Made by a program: the position numbers and the translations under genes. DNA of 62,389 bases, the filler included, from Chiloscyllium plagiosum (Eukaryota): assembly GCF_004010195.1 (NCBI RefSeq). It is 5 parts of one record of this genome, joined end to end, with 100 filler letters (N's around TTAATTAATTAA, not from the genome) between each part and the next. Parts side by side here need not be neighbours in the genome. Positions count along the whole stretch, not along the records: positions 1 to 26,206 come from NC_057711.1; 4 more parts are not named here. One strand, 5' to 3'. Shown piece after piece: positions 11,310-25,007 of the stretch (position 1 is its first letter; the number at the start of each line of letters is the position of its first letter). The notes below the pieces were generated by a model, which was given only the letters and a program-made list of their open reading frames with translations, ran no database searches and had not been told where the DNA came from.

Positions 11310-11985
11310 GTCAGTATATCTTCCCCTAGATAAGGGACCCAAATCTGTCCGCAGTATTCCAGTTTTGGTCTAACTCGTATCTTGTATAGTTTTAGCAAGG
11401 CTTCCCTATTTTTATGTTCCATTTCTCTTTAAATAAAGGCAAACATTCTACTTGCCTTTCCTAATACCGACTGGACTTGTCTGGCAGCTTTTTGAGATTT
11501 GTGCATGAGGACTTCCAAATGGGATAGCATTTCAGTCACCTTTTTAATTCCTTCACTGCACCCACATACTGCCTTTCGTGCCTCATGCATTAGATCATCC
11601 CAATCTCTCTCTATCTCAGAATTCTGCAGTCATTCTCCATTTAAGTATGACACTCATTTTCTCTGGGTGAACAACTTCACATTTTCCCGCATTGTACCCC
11701 ATCTGTCAGATCTTTGCCCACTCACTGGACCTATCTATATCTGTCTGCATCCGTCCTATGTCACCTTCACAACATGCTTTTCTACCAGCTTCTGCACCTT
11801 CTACAGATTTAGCTACTATACCTTTGCTCCCCTCACTCTGAGTCATTGATATAAATGTTACAAATGTGAGCTGAAGCACAGATCTCTGCAGAAATTCACC
11901 CATCACATCTGCCAATCAGAAAACAAAAGCACTTAAGCATGATCTCTATTTTCCAGCCAATCTTCTATCTATTATTATGTTACCC
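11310..11985 (-). mobile_element. Decayed CR1 LINE ORF2 fragments
   Basis: Reverse-strand CEGDIGRMQTDIDRSSEWAKI. Confidence 0.75.
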
Positions 11986-12040
11986 CTACTCTGTGAAATA
12001 CAGCACATCACAGTGAATTTTATTCTCATTGGAAATGTCA

Positions 12041-12313
12041 TAGAATCCCTACAGTGTGGAAGCAGGCCATTTGACCCATCAAGCCCACACCACCCCTTCA
12101 AAGACCCACTCCCCTACCCTATACCCTGCACTTCCAGTAGCCAATCCAACTAACCTGCACATATTTAGACTGTGGGAAGAAACTGGAGCACTCAAAATAA
12201 CCCACACAGACACAGGAAGAATGTGAAAACTCCACAGAGTCGCCCAAGGCTGGAATCAAACTCAGGTCCCTAGCGCTGTGAGGCAGCAGTGCTAACCACT
12301 GAGCCACCATACC
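12041..12313 (-). mobile_element. HE1-type SINE
   Basis: Reverse complement of the HE1 head, body and tail. Confidence 0.9.
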
Positions 12314-14304
12314 ATGTCTTATGTTAATGTGGTTTCCAATTTCAATAATCCAGCCGACATTTCTCTAACTGGTCTTTTATGGCAAGCACAGCCTCCGAGG
12401 TATTTATCAAATTCAAGTAGGAATGCTTGGATTAACAGTCATGTTGGAATGGAGACCTGTAATTGAGTGATAAACCATTCTGGTTTGCCTCAGCTCCTCC
12501 TCCTACTCCTCTTCCTCAAATTAGGTAATGGGGAATTCCACCAGGAAAGCGAATCATTGAATAGATGCGGGAGAGTGGCAGGTCAGCTTTGTTGTGAAAG
12601 GGAAATTTCTGCCAAGTTCGTAAAGATTTCAACTCTTGTAAACTCTTCCATATTTGCTACTCACAAAGCTGCAAATCCAGTATTCTCACAACTGATAAGT
12701 TTACCAAAATGACATAATTCAGCTCTTCCTGTTTCCTAAGGCCTCTTGCAAGCTGCAGACCACGTGCATACTGGTTACTGCTGAGGCATGAATTCCAGGC
12801 AGAATGTGATAGCAATAGAGTGTTGCACATTAACAATTTATTACACAAAATACTGGAATTATCTGGGAAGTCCAGGAAAGGGAGGATTATCTAACTTAAC
12901 TGTGTTGGTGAAAACAGTATTAAATAAATAAGTAAATGATTCAGTAACATGTGTAAAAAGCAAAATCACAAGTATTAATTCCTTTGTTCAAAGAGGGATC
13001 CAGCACTCAAACAGTTTTTGAGATTGAAACGAAGCTTGGGAGTTGCAGAGTGGCACGTATACTGCTTTAGGCCAGTGCTGCTCTTGGGAAATCATCGGTA
13101 AATTGAGAGAAGGAAGTAATGTGACATGCTTTCAAGACTCCTCACAGACAGGTTTCAGTTCAATAGAATCTGAAATCAGGATGGGAAGCCTGGACTGTTG
13201 CTGTCACTGTGCTACACAGTCAGCCACATAAATCTGTTCTGTAACTCAGCATTTAGAGGGCAACATATTTATTTACACCTGTAGGGAAGAATACATTCTA
13301 GTTTCTACAAAAGGTTAAGAAAAAAAAATATATGAGCCTGTTAATGTGATTAACAAAGTCTGAGTAAGACAATACAAGAGCACTAACAGTACATAGCTAT
13401 ATTTTACAATGTGACTCTCCAGGTTTCACACATCAGCACTTCACATAGAATGCTGACAAATAGCTCAATCAAATTTGTACCCTTAAATATCAATAAGCAA
13501 GCCTAGCATGGATATTGTTGGTGAAGTTAAAAGGAGTTTGGCCAATTAGAGGCACAGTGGAGGAGGACATGGTGAGATAGCATAAATTAACTTTTTTATT
13601 CATTCATGGGAAGTGGTCATCACTGACTAGGCTAATATCATCCATTGTTCTTGAGAAGACATTGGCAAGGCCCTTTTCTTAAGCCACGAGGTGTTGGAAC
13701 ACCCACGGTTCAGTTAGGAAGGGAGTACCAGGATTACGACCAAGTGACGTTTTAGGAATGGTGATCTAGGTCAAAGTCAGGATAGTTGTGTGATTTGGCA
13801 GGGAATTACAGATGGTGACGGTCCCATGTTTCTGCTGTCTTTTGTCTTTCTAAATGGTAGAAACTAGAATGTATTCTTCCCTACAGGTGTAAATAAATAT
13901 GTAACTCAGAACACCCCGGGTATACTCTCTGCTACCCTCTTCTGTTCGACAGAAGATATAAAAGTATGTACACACATACAAATAGATTCAACAACAGCTT
14001 CTTCCTCATTTTTATTAGATTTCTGAATCGACATCTCAAATTTTAAATTTAATGTTGATCTTGCTGTCTGTGTACCTTCCCTGCTGCCGTAACATTGTAT
14101 TCCTCTCTCTGTTCTATTGTCCTAATGATCCTTGTATGGTATGATCTGCCTATATTGCATGCAAAACAAAACCTTTCACTGTACCTAGGTACATGTGACA
14201 ATAATAAATCAAGTCAAATCAAATCAAATCACCCAAGCAACTGGAGAGTATTCCATCATAGTCCCGACATGTGCCTTGTAGAAGGTGGATAGGCTGTGAT
14301 GAGT

Positions 14305-14855
14305 GCCTTTATTAGCACGATGCGTAGAACACAAGAGCAAGGGGGTTATGTGGGACCCATATATTATGCTGGCTAGGCCACAACTGAAGTACTGTGTGCA
14401 CTTCTGGTCACCCCATTATAGGAAAGGTGAGATTGCACTGGAGAGGGTGTAGAGGAGATTCCTGGGCTGGAGAATCTGATCTTTGAGGAAAGCTTGGATA
14501 GGTTGGGGTTGTTTCCTTTGGAAGAGCAAAGGTCGAGAGGGGACCTGATAGAAATGTGAACAAGAAGGCACTTTCTTTCCATTTGTAGAGGAGTCAACAC
14601 CAGGGGGCCATTGACTGAAGTTGTGAGTTGAAAAATGAGAAAAGAATTGAGGAGAATTGTTTTCATCTAGTGGACTTAAGAGCTTGAACTGAAAGGGTGG
14701 TTGAATCAGAGGCACTTGTAACATTTAAACAGTATGCAGTAGTCTTCAGGGCTTTGGGCGAAAAGATGGAAAATTGACTCAATGTAGTCAGATCTTTGTT
14801 AACTAGTGTAGACATGATGGGCCGAAAGGCCTCCTGCTGTGCTGCAAATATCTAT
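14305..14855 (+). mobile_element. Decayed CR1 LINE 3' end
   Basis: RPQLKYCV-FWSPHYRK motif and 3' UTR. Confidence 0.8.
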
Positions 14856-14867
14856 GAAACTATCAAC

Positions 14868-15695
14868 TTGACTTTCAACACCAAACTGTGAGTCTATCAA
14901 ACCCGTGTCCTTAATGCACAGCCCTACGTTGGTGAGTTTGGGACAAACCAGGAGAAAAGTCTGAACAGTTTCCATCTTCACTATCTCAAATCTATCATTG
15001 TCATCTCTTGGTCAGACAGGGTCACTAATACAGACGTCCCCGAGAGCAGCAATTCCATTAGCATACACCAATTGCTAAGCCAATGATGTTTGCACTGCCT
15101 TGGCCACGTTCATACAGAATATACCCAAAAACCTGCTATTTGGTGAATTGGTCCTGACCCATCTTCCTCCATAGGGCAGAGGTGGGTACTGCAGATGCTG
15201 GAGATCAGATGCAAGATTAGAGTGGTGCTGGAAAAGCACAGTAGGTCAGGCAGCATCCGAGGAGCAGGAAATTCGACGTTTCAGACAAAAGCCCTTAATC
15301 AGAAATGAGGCCTCAGGCAACATCCGAGTTTCGTGGTCCTCAGATGCTGCCTGACCTGCTGTGCTTTTCCAGCACCACTCCCATCTTCCCTCATACCTCT
15401 GTTACAAGGAGACCTGCACTGACAAATGGGAATCAATTAGGATGTGACCTCTGGAAGCTGCCTATTTGGAACAGCAGCAAAAAGGTACACAGTAACAAAA
15501 GGTTCAGAAGAGGGTTCAGGGATAACAGAGAGCAGCAAATGGTGCACCTTCAGAACCCTCTGCTCTGTAGTCAATGCTGCAGAGACTGCCTTGACAGACA
15601 GGGGCTCCTGAGCCAGACCAAGTGGTTTTTAACCCAGAGCTGACCACCATCGGACAAATCATCATCTTACGAAATTGACGGCGGCTACCAAAGCC
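14868..15695 (+). mobile_element. RTE-clade LINE 3' fragment
   Basis: Decayed TKL-VYQ...EKSLNSFHL...ISWSDRVTNTDV and a C-terminal C-x2-C...H motif typical of RTE ORFs. Confidence 0.7.
15174..15379. mobile_element. Palindromic PLE pLTR pair inside the RTE element
   Basis: Imperfect TSD cccatcttcctccata / cccatcttccctcata (15158 / 15380). Confidence 0.75.
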
Positions 15696-15744
15696 TTGAT
15701 GCTGCTTGTTCTGGATTTCCCAGCATGCTGAAACCCCCTCTCAG

Positions 15745-16375
15745 TGTCTACCCTGTCAAACTCCTTCAGAATCTCAAATGAGATCATCTCTCATTCCTCC
15801 AGAGAGCAATAGGGCCCAATTTACTCAGCCTTTCATCACAGCACAGCCTTCTCATCTGAGGAATCAATTCACAGAATCTTTGTTATACCGCATTCTGAGC
15901 AAATATGCTTTCCCCTAAATCCAGAGACCAGACAGTGCCCAGTAGTCCAGGTATGGTCTTATTAAAGTACTGTACAATTGTGGGAAGACTCATTTATTCT
16001 TGTTGTCTAATAGTCTTGCATGCAGTGCCAACCTGCACTCTAACTTTTTGCATTCCTTGTACAAGTACATCCAAGTTCTACTGAACATTAACATTTACAG
16101 ATTTTATAGCTTTTATAAAATATTTTGCTTTTCAATTATTATCATTCAAACAAACTCACACTTTCCCAAACTATGTTCTCTGTTATCTCATTCCATGCGT
16201 TTAATTTATCTACATCCTCACATCATAGTTTCCCTTAGCTTTGTATTATCAGAAAGCCTAATGATATTACTCCAGGACTGTTCAATACAGATTGTTAACA
16301 GTTCAAGCCCCAGTACTGACCCATGTGACACTCTACTGGGCACAGCTTGCCAGCTTGAAAATGTCCTCCTTATAA
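15745..16375 (-). mobile_element. Decayed CR1 LINE ORF2 fragment
   Basis: Reverse-strand SRVSHGSVLGL and RPYLDY motifs. Confidence 0.7.
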
Positions 16376-16720
16376 TCAAAGGTTGGTCAAAATTGACAAC
16401 TGGCTATGAATAAGAGTAGATGATATCATACAAAACTTCTTCCATTCTATCTGTTCAAGCATTCCTGATCGGATAACATCTCAGTTAATCATGCTGTAAA
16501 TCTTTTTTGAACCTTCGCCAGTTCCTCTACAAACTTAATATTATTTGAAAATGTGAATTCTGCACAATAATGTAAGAATGAACTAAGCAACACTTAGTGA
16601 GTTTTACACGTTTTCTACTTACCAATTGTGTCCTAAGATTCTGTCGTAGAATTGACTCAAAGTTTGGATTGCAAATTTGCGTGGCCATATTAATCTGTAT
16701 CATTACTTTTAGTGGTTAGT

Positions 16721-16920
16721 GGGTCAGTTAGCTCAGTTGGCTGGACAGCTGATTTGTGAATGCAGCCTTTAATTTCCACACCAGCTGAAGTTATCATGCA
16801 GGACTCTCTTTCAACCTATTCCCTCAGCGGAGTCAGGATGAGCCTTAGGTTAAACTACCACCAGTCACTTCTGTCAAGTGACTGAGTAGCCCTATGGTCT
16901 GGTAAGACTATGCTGACTTC
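16721..16920 (+). mobile_element. tRNA-derived SINE, family undetermined
   Basis: Head gggtcagttagctcagttggctgg (A-box) with a degenerate B-box. Confidence 0.5.
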
Positions 16921-17470
16921 AGTGATTTGTGTATATGTATCCTGAGGATCCTTTGCTCTTGCACTTAGATCCTCTCTTAAAATGAAATGCATTTACTAAT
17001 TTTACAAGTTTATTATGTCTTCTAGCATTTTGTTGCATTCTTTTTCAGCAGAACTATATTGCAAATGTTTAAGTGAAGAAAAAGGAAAAGGCTATTGTGG
17101 AGCTTTAAGGCTGAGATAGATCTGCTGGAAGGAATGACCTTATTCTTTTCTGTGAAATCCTATATAGTATGTATTGTGTATTTCTGACTTCAGAGTGACC
17201 CAAAGTGCTTCACAGTCAATAAAATACTTTCGAAATGTAGTCACTGTTGTAAAATAGGAAACATGATCAATTTGTGCAAAACATGGTCCCACTAAATGGC
17301 AATTTGATAAATGATTAGATTATCTGTTTAAATATGTGTCAATCGATTGATGAGTTCATTGATAGTAAAGCTGCTAAACATCAAGGAGAGATTGTCAGAT
17401 TCTCACTTGTTGGCACTTATAAGGCATGAATGTTACTTGCTACTTATCAGAACAAGTCTGAATTTTTTTT

Positions 17471-17794
17471 TAGAATCCTTACAGTGTGGAATCAAGCCCT
17501 TCAGCCCAACAAGTCCACACCGACCCTTCAAAGAACAACCCACCCAGACCCATTCCCTCACCCTAACTAATGCATCTAACCTACATATCCCTGAATACTA
17601 TGGGCCATTTAGCATGGCCAATTCACCTAACCTGCTCACCTTTGGATTGTGGGAGGGAACCAGAGCACCCAAAGGAAAACCATGCAGACACGGGGAGAAT
17701 GTACAAATTCCACACAGACAGTCGTCTGAGATTGGAATCAAACCTGGGTCCCTGGCGCAGTGAGGCAGTAGTGCCAACAACTGAGCCACCATAC
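17471..17794 (-). mobile_element. HE1-type SINE
   Basis: Reverse complement of HE1. Confidence 0.9.
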
Positions 17795-18277
17795 TGCTCA
17801 CATGTTATGGACTGCTTCAATATCTAGTTAGTGAGAATAGGTATTGAACATCTTGCAAACTATCAGTGTACAACTCCATTACTGACCACGTTATGGAGGA
17901 AGTGTCATTGATGAAGCAGATGAAGATTCTTGGGCCACGGACACTACCCTGAGGAATTCCTGCAGAGATGTCAAGAGCTGAGATGACTGATCTCCAACAA
18001 TGACAACTCATTATGTGCCTGATATTAGTCCAACCAGTGGAGAGTTTGTTCCCTAGTTTACACTGACTTCAGTTTTGTCGACACTTCTTGATCCCACATT
18101 TGGTCTAATGCCCTTTGATGTCAAGGGTGGTCAATCTCATGTCACCATGAGTTCAGCTTTTTTATCCATGTTTGAACCAAAGTTGTAATGAAGTCAGAAT
18201 CTGACTGACCTTGGCAGAACCCATGCTAAGGACCAGTGATCGGGTTATTGCTGTTAAGAGCCATTAGCAGCACTAAA

Positions 18278-18990
18278 AGACCATGAGAGATAGGAACAGG
18301 AGTAGACCATTCAAGCCCTCAAATCTGCTCCACCATTCAATAGTATCATGGCTGAGCTAACATTCTTCATGTATACTTTCCTGCTCTTTCCCCATAATCC
18401 CTGTTTGTCTTACTAGTCAAGAATCTATCTATCTCAGCCTTAAATACACACAACTCTGTCCCTACAGCTGTTTGTGGGAAGGAGTTCCAAAGACACACAA
18501 CCCTCTGAGAGAAGAAATTCCCCCTCATCTTAGTTGTAAATAGGCACCCTTTTAATCTTCGACTATGCCATCTGGTCCTAGACTCTCCCATGAGGGGAAA
18601 CATCCTCTTACCCTGTGGGGCCCCTTAAGAATTCTATATGTTTCTATAAAATCACCTCTCATTCCCAATTTGCTTAACCATTGCACATAAGACAATCCCT
18701 CTATGCCAGGGATCATCCAAGTGAAACATCTCTGAACTGCTTCCAATGAAATAATATCTTTCCTTGAATAAGAGGGCCAACATTTCTCACAATACTCTAG
18801 ATGTGGTCTCACTAGTACTTTGTACAGTTGCAGTAAGACTTCCCTACTGTTATAGTCCAACACTCTTGAAATAGTGGTCAAAGTTCCATCAGCCTTCCTG
18901 ATTACCTGCTGCACCAGTGTGCTAGCATTCTGTGTTTCCTGTATAAGGCCCCACCCCCCACCTCCCCATGACCCTTTGTGCTGCAATATT
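18278..18990 (-). mobile_element. CR1 LINE 3' end
   Basis: ORFs 18552-18995 (LYKVLVRPHLEYC) and 18367-18603 (NFFSQRVVCLWNS). Confidence 0.9.
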
Positions 18991-19286
18991 GACAACAGTT
19001 TTCATCACTTTGATGTTGGTTGAGATGAAATTCATGCAGCAGTAATTGCCTAAGTGGGATTTGACCTGACTTTTGTGGACTGGTCATATCTGGACCATTT
19101 TCCATATTGTTGCATGGATGCCAGTGTTGGAACTATACTGGACCAGCTTGGCTAGAATTAAGTCTGGAGTCTTATAGCTGGGATGTTGTGATTGGGACAT
19201 AATGTTAGGTAGGATCATGCCTCTGTAAATTTCCAGTAGCCATATGACAAGGTTCAACAGAAATGAATATAATCAAAAATGAAAGT

Positions 19287-19595
19287 GCACGGTGGCTCAG
19301 TGTTTAGCACTGCTGCCTCACAGCACCAGGGTCCCAGGTTCGATTCCAGCCTCGGGCAACTGTCTGTGTGGAGTTTGCACATTCTCCCCGTGTCTGCGTG
19401 GGTTTCCTTTGGGTGCTCCGGTTTCCTACCACAGTCCAAATATGTGCAGATCAGGTGAATTGGCCATGTTAAATTGCCCATAGTGTTAGGTGCATTAGGG
19501 AAATGGGTCTGGGTGACTTACTCTTCGGAGGGTCAGTGTGGACTGGTTGGGCCGAAGGGCCTGTTTCCACACTGTAGGTAATCTAATCTAATCTA
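19287..19595 (+). mobile_element. HE1-type SINE
   Basis: Full head, V-domain and (aatct)n tail. Confidence 0.92.
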
Positions 19596-19714
19596 AGAAT
19601 GAAGGGTATAGTTTGAGGGAAGAGATGGAGAGGAGGTATATTCATGTAGCAGTCTACAGAAGCCTGTAATACATATTAAGAACTCGCTTGAAGAATTAGA
19701 GAATTATTTGCCAA

Positions 19715-20385
19715 ATTAGCAGATGAGGTTAAATTAGGAGAAATGATCATTTGAGTGGGCGCAAGTGAGTTGCGAGAGGGACTGCTGGAGGCAGGCACAA
19801 TTACAAAAGGCATCTGGATGGGTATATGAATAGGAAGGGTTTGGAGGAATATGGGCCAAATGCTGACAAATGGGACCAGATTAATTTAGGATATCTGGTA
19901 GGCATGGTCGAGTTGGACCAAAGGGTCTGTTTCCATGTTGCATATCTCTGACTCTAAGACTCTATGTAACTACTGACAGATACAGACTGAATCCACAGGT
20001 TTGGTTTCAGCAGATGGAGTCCAATGTAGGGAAATGTACGGTCATCCATTCTGAACCCAAAAACGTCTGTTCAGAACACTTTATAATGCTGATGCTGTGG
20101 GAGCTATGGAGGACCAAACAAAGCTTGTCCAGGTACGTAAATTACTAAAACAGTGTACCGGTATTAAAAAATTAACAAAAAGGCCATTGTAAAATTATCC
20201 TTTATCCAGCAATCAGAATAAGTTGTTTATTTGTACTGGCCTTTCCCAGACACCATTAGAAATGTTGTGTACAATTTTGGAAGCAGTGCATCAGGGACGA
20301 TAGCTTTTGCGAGGTTATAACTCAAAACGGTGTTGGAGTTTAAGACACTACAGTATGAGAACAGGTTGGATGAACTTCAGTTGTA
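19715..20385 (+). mobile_element. Nested decayed CR1 fragments
   Basis: KFADxxKLG-like motif, HER1-type 3' UTR at 19785-19965, YENRLDEL. Confidence 0.65.
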
Positions 20386-20717
20386 TTTCTCATTGGCACG
20401 CAAGATTCCAACTTTACCCAAACATAGGAAACGTTGTCATGGGAAGTTCTTTGATTGCAATCCCATTGTTACCAGGCAGGCCGCTGCTGTGGGAAGAAAA
20501 TTGCCTCCAGGAAAGGTTTTTGGAAGGCAGGGACACATCATGGAGTCAAACCAATGTGTACACTTCCCCTTACTGCTCTGCCCCCCCCACCCACACCCCA
20601 TTTCCAAAGCCCTCTCCGTAGGACTGGTAGGATTCCACCCAGTGTTACTGGTGGAAAATTGTTTGCAATGTCCAAATCAAAACTGTCAGGGAAGGGCAAT
20701 TTTCATGGAATCTCACA

Positions 20718-21087
20718 TCTGATCGAGGTGTACAAAATAATGAGAGGAATAAATAGAGTCAATAGCCAGAGACTTTTCCCCAGGGCAGGATTGACTGGTA
20801 TGAGAAGTCATAGTTTGAAGATATTAGGAGGAAGGTATAAAGGAGACATCAGAGGTAGGTTCTTTATGCGGAGAGTTGTGAATGCGTGGAATGCATTGCC
20901 AGTTGAGGTGGTGGAAGCAGAGTCATTGGGGACATTTAAGCGACTGCTGGACATGTACCTGGATAGCAGTGAGTTGAGGGGTGCGTAGGTTAAGTTACTA
21001 TATTTTATATTAGGATTAAGTCTTGGCACAACGTCATGAGCCAAAGGGACTGTTCTGTGCTGTACTTTTCTATGTTCTATGTTCTAT
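20718..21087 (+). mobile_element. CR1 LINE 3' end
   Basis: LIEVYKIMRG...RVVNAWNALP and (ctatgtt)n tail. Confidence 0.92.
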
Positions 21088-21528
21088 CAAAGAAGAGGAC
21101 AATACAGCTCATTCTTTGAGAGAATTATCCAACTGGTCCTACTGTCTTTCCCTGGAACCCTGCATGTTTTTGTATTTTTTTCTAGCAGCTCTTCCACACC
21201 TAAACCCTGGCAGACTAACCTTGTCTCTGAATTTTCAAAGCTATTTTAGATTTTTACCCTCTCAATGCCCACATGTACGGTGAGATGAATCTCATGGGCT
21301 TTGTATCCAGGTAAAAATGCTGATTAGCTCTCTAAACGACCTTGGAATTAAATGTACGTTTTAAAGCACAACCTAATATCCTCAACACCAGCTTAGAACT
21401 TTCAAGACTAGCAATCCAGTGATGTAAACATAATTGCTGCTGCCATTCTCTCTCAGTGTGAACGCTTTGCATGATTTCCTTCGATCTTTAACACCCAAGC
21501 CTGTTGCCAGACAGACTTCAAGAATAGG

Positions 21529-21702
21529 AGAAAGTGAGGACTGCAGATGGTGAAGATCAGAGTCGAGAGTGTGGTGCTGGAAAAGCACAGCAGGTCAGGC
21601 AGCATCGATGTCATTCCTAACGAAGAGCTTATGCCCGAAATATCAATTCTCCTGCTCCTCGGATGCTGCCTGACCTCCTGTGCTTTTCCAGCACCACACT
21701 CT
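21529..21702. mobile_element. Palindromic PLE pLTR pair
   Basis: Imperfect TSD agacttcaagaatagg / agacttcggaatagg (21513 / 21703). Confidence 0.75.
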
Positions 21703-22964
21703 AGACTTCGGAATAGGTTGAATGAAATTATTCATTTTACCTCAAATTAAAGATAGAAACCCAGGATATAACTGTTTCATAATTGTAACAATAGGAGCAA
21801 TTGATCATGTTCAGAGAACTAAAATTTCAATTTAGAATAGCACATAAACAGCTGCAGAAAATGAAAGGTACATATTTTTAAAAAAGCTAAGTTTAGATAG
21901 AATCAGCAGTTTTCATCCTTGGTGTCTACTTCCTAACAGATAATATAGAACGGGCTATAGTTGACACTCGTGGTCTCTGTATGTTGTTTTACATGCTTTA
22001 AGCTGAGCACAGACAAGCCTCACCCTCTCTCAAATTCCTTTGATATAAGGTTGCACATTCTGACAAACCCATTTTCCCTGATCCCTCCCTGGTTGGAGGC
22101 AGTCAAGCGGTTTAGTGTAGCAACCAGGGCTGGTAATGTGCAACCAGCTGAATTGAGGTCAAATCTCTCCTCAGTTTCAGATTTGGAATTCCTGTCACAT
22201 CACAAGCCAGCTACACATTAAACAGCTCTGGAGCATGTGAATCAGCTTCTACCAATTCACTGCAGCTACTTGAGTCTGACCGTTTGTAAGCAGAATGCTG
22301 ACCTATTCATTAGTACCCATAGCTGAGAAAGACAGCCTCCATATAATTAAGTACGATTGAGCACTCTGCTTTTATCTAGAAGTGCGCTTGGAACAGATAT
22401 GTCTCTCCAAACCTGACTTGGAAAGGCTGAATAAATGGTACACCCTCGCTTATGATTAGCTCATATTTTTCATGCATCAGTAACCCTGCCTTTGCTCATT
22501 ATCTGTCTTGACATTAAGGCCCTGATTTTAACACTTATCCCACACACCCAGACAGTGGGACTCTAGCAAGACAGACCTAAATTAGGCCATGGACAATAGG
22601 CAGGCAGAGGTTGAATTGATGTTTCAAATATTGTCAGCCTCTAGTTTGGGAATCATTTCAACAGGTCTCTGTGGTGCTGACCTTGCTGGATTCATTGTTT
22701 GTTATGAGTGTCTCCACACTCCCTCCACCCTCCTCTTAATACTGAGGCCTATGTCTCTTCTGTTGAAGTTGTGCATTTGTTTGCTTTTTTTCCATCATTA
22801 AAATAGAAAGGTAGCTCCGAATTTTAATCATGGGTCAGTTTTCACTGAATATCTACTTTGCTGTTATGTTCAAAAGTAACCTGAAGGAACAGAAGGACTT
22901 GTATTTAAATGGTTCCCAACATGTCAAACTGTTTTAGTGCTGAATTGAAGCTCAACTCCTTCAG

Positions 22965-23268
22965 GGGTGGCACGGTGGCACAGTGGTTAGCACTGCTGCC
23001 TCACAGCACCAGAATCCCAGGTTCAATTCCAATCTCAGGCGACTCTCTGTGTGGAGTTTGCACATTCTCGCTGTGTCTGCGTGGGCTTCCTCTGGGTGCT
23101 CTGGTTTCCTCCCACAGTCCAAAGATGTGCAGGTCAGGTGAATTGGCCATGTTAAATTGCCCATAGTGTTAGGTGCATTAGTCTGGGTCTGGGTGGGTTA
23201 ATCTTTGGAGGGTCGGTGTGGACTGGTTGGGCTGAATGGCCTGTTTCCCTTTAGGGAATCTAATCTAA
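22965..23268 (+). mobile_element. HE1-type SINE inserted in a SacSINE1-like remnant (about 22890-23460, minus strand)
   Basis: HE1 head, body and tail; flanks resemble the SacSINE1 tail. Confidence 0.88.
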
Positions 23269-24261
23269 AAAGTGCTTTCTGAAAAGTTGTAATGTAGACA
23301 AACTGTGTATAGGAGCTTCTTGTGTACAGTAAGCTCCTATACACAAGAATGCGCCATTAACCAGCACATCTGATGTCAGTTGAGGGTTAAATACTTGTCA
23401 GGACACCAGTGATAACACATCTTATATTTGCTTCTGTTAAAGAGAAGCTTGGGGTATTTTACTCACATTTCAATACCATTAGTGGACTTCTCATACAATT
23501 CCCAGCAGAAAATGGCAGAAATGCACGCGATTTAATGGCAATGTAAATACTGTGTTTGGTTGCTGGTCCATGGGGGCACGCTGCAGTTGGGACTGGACAG
23601 GAGCAACCTGACATTTTTATGGGCTCCAACAAGAAAAGTAAAGCAAATTTTAAACACACATTTTTGGGGCCTGTCGTAAACTGGACGGCACTGGGTTGGG
23701 CCTGATGAGAAATGTTCTGTCATTTCTACCGTTGAGGCCGCTTGGTAGAAAATGCAATGGATGGGATTATATCATGTACACGCTAGAAAAATCCCACTGG
23801 CTATAAGCAGACGTCATCACCACTTGCTACACTCAGGATGCCAGTCAGAACTGCTGGGCATCTCCGGCTGTCAGGGTGTGGCAGTGACTTGGCAGATTTT
23901 AATTGCTGGCTGTCTGGTTTTCTGCTCAGCAAGTGGGTTACAATTCGCCATGCTGATTTAACAGGACTTTAAATTATAAAAGACATCAATCGCTTCTTAC
24001 CGGAGCCCATTTCCTCAGAACAAAACAGGGCAAGAGTGAAACACGCTATGAAAAATATTCAATCACCCTTCCTTTAAACATACAAGAAAAAACACTGCTA
24101 TGATGGAGATAATTCTGCTATGAAGGAAATTGTAGCCATTGTAAATATCCTTTTTTTAAAATTAGTTTTGATTTTCTTTGACATTATTAATTTCTTTACT
24201 GCGTATAATGGCAAATCTGATGACTTCAATTCCAGCTTGCAGCATGAAGTTTCCAACGGGT

Positions 24262-24605
24262 GTTAGCTCAGTTTAATGATATGGTCCATCTCTCTGAGTT
24301 CAATTATTGGAGGTTCAAGTACTGAACCAGGTCTTGACCTCATAACCTCAGCCGCTGTTTTATTACTGCATTGTTTCAGGTGTGCTTTCTCAGGTAAAAT
24401 GCAAATCCAAGATCTCCCTGAATAATCTGAGCAGGAGATCTTCCCAATCTTCCTTCACCTGCCGTCCACAAAGAGTCACTACTCGCACCTATGTACAATA
24501 CCGAGGGAGTGCGACTCTATTTGATTTGCTGGCATTGGGATGAGACATGCAACTTTTTACTGTTGTTCATCCTGCCCTCTCTGATGGAGGTAAATAATCT
24601 CCTGA
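24262..24605 (+). mobile_element. SacSINE1/DeuSINE-like decayed 5' fragments
   Basis: tagctcagtt...ggttcaagt tRNA head and gagggagtgc Deu-like segment. Confidence 0.45.
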
Positions 24606-25007
24606 GTTGGAGGCAGTGATTTTGTGATTGTAGGGATGGGGAGATCTGGTCTGGCAGCAATCTAGATTATTTTTGGGGAGGGGAAGAGAGGGATCACAGA
24701 AGTAAATTCTTATGTTTTTTCTGGCTCCAAAAAAGTAATTTCAGATTTACCTTGGTGCAGGTTTTCATTTACTCATCACTTGTTAAACTGCACGAAGCGT
24801 GCATAGACATGCTCCAGTTCACTCCTAAAATGGTAATCAGGCTCCCGTGAAAATCTCAGGATCTCAATAGTATGTTAAAATGGTCTATCATCTGCTAGGG
24901 ATAATTTCAACTGCCCAGCGATTAGTCCCTTTCATAATTTAAATTGGCAGTGACAACAAGGAGGTCTGAACAGTGCAACTATCGGACGTGGGCTATCATC
25001 CTGGACA

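Larger units (their letters stand above)
17345..19190 (-). mobile_element. Decayed copy of the 28640-31790 LINE family, hosting HE1 and CR1 insertions
   Basis: ORF 17817-18011 DISAGIPQGSVRGPRIFICFIND (RT motif). Confidence 0.75.

Noticed and set aside
20455..20988. 177-aa ORF as a host gene
   Set aside because: The C-terminal half is CR1 ORF2 and the N-terminal half is chance read-through from flanking DNA.
23702..23755. CTGATGA followed by alternative hairpins (hammerhead or C/D snoRNA candidate)
   Set aside because: The stem is not followed by GAAA, and there is no suitably placed D box or terminal stem.
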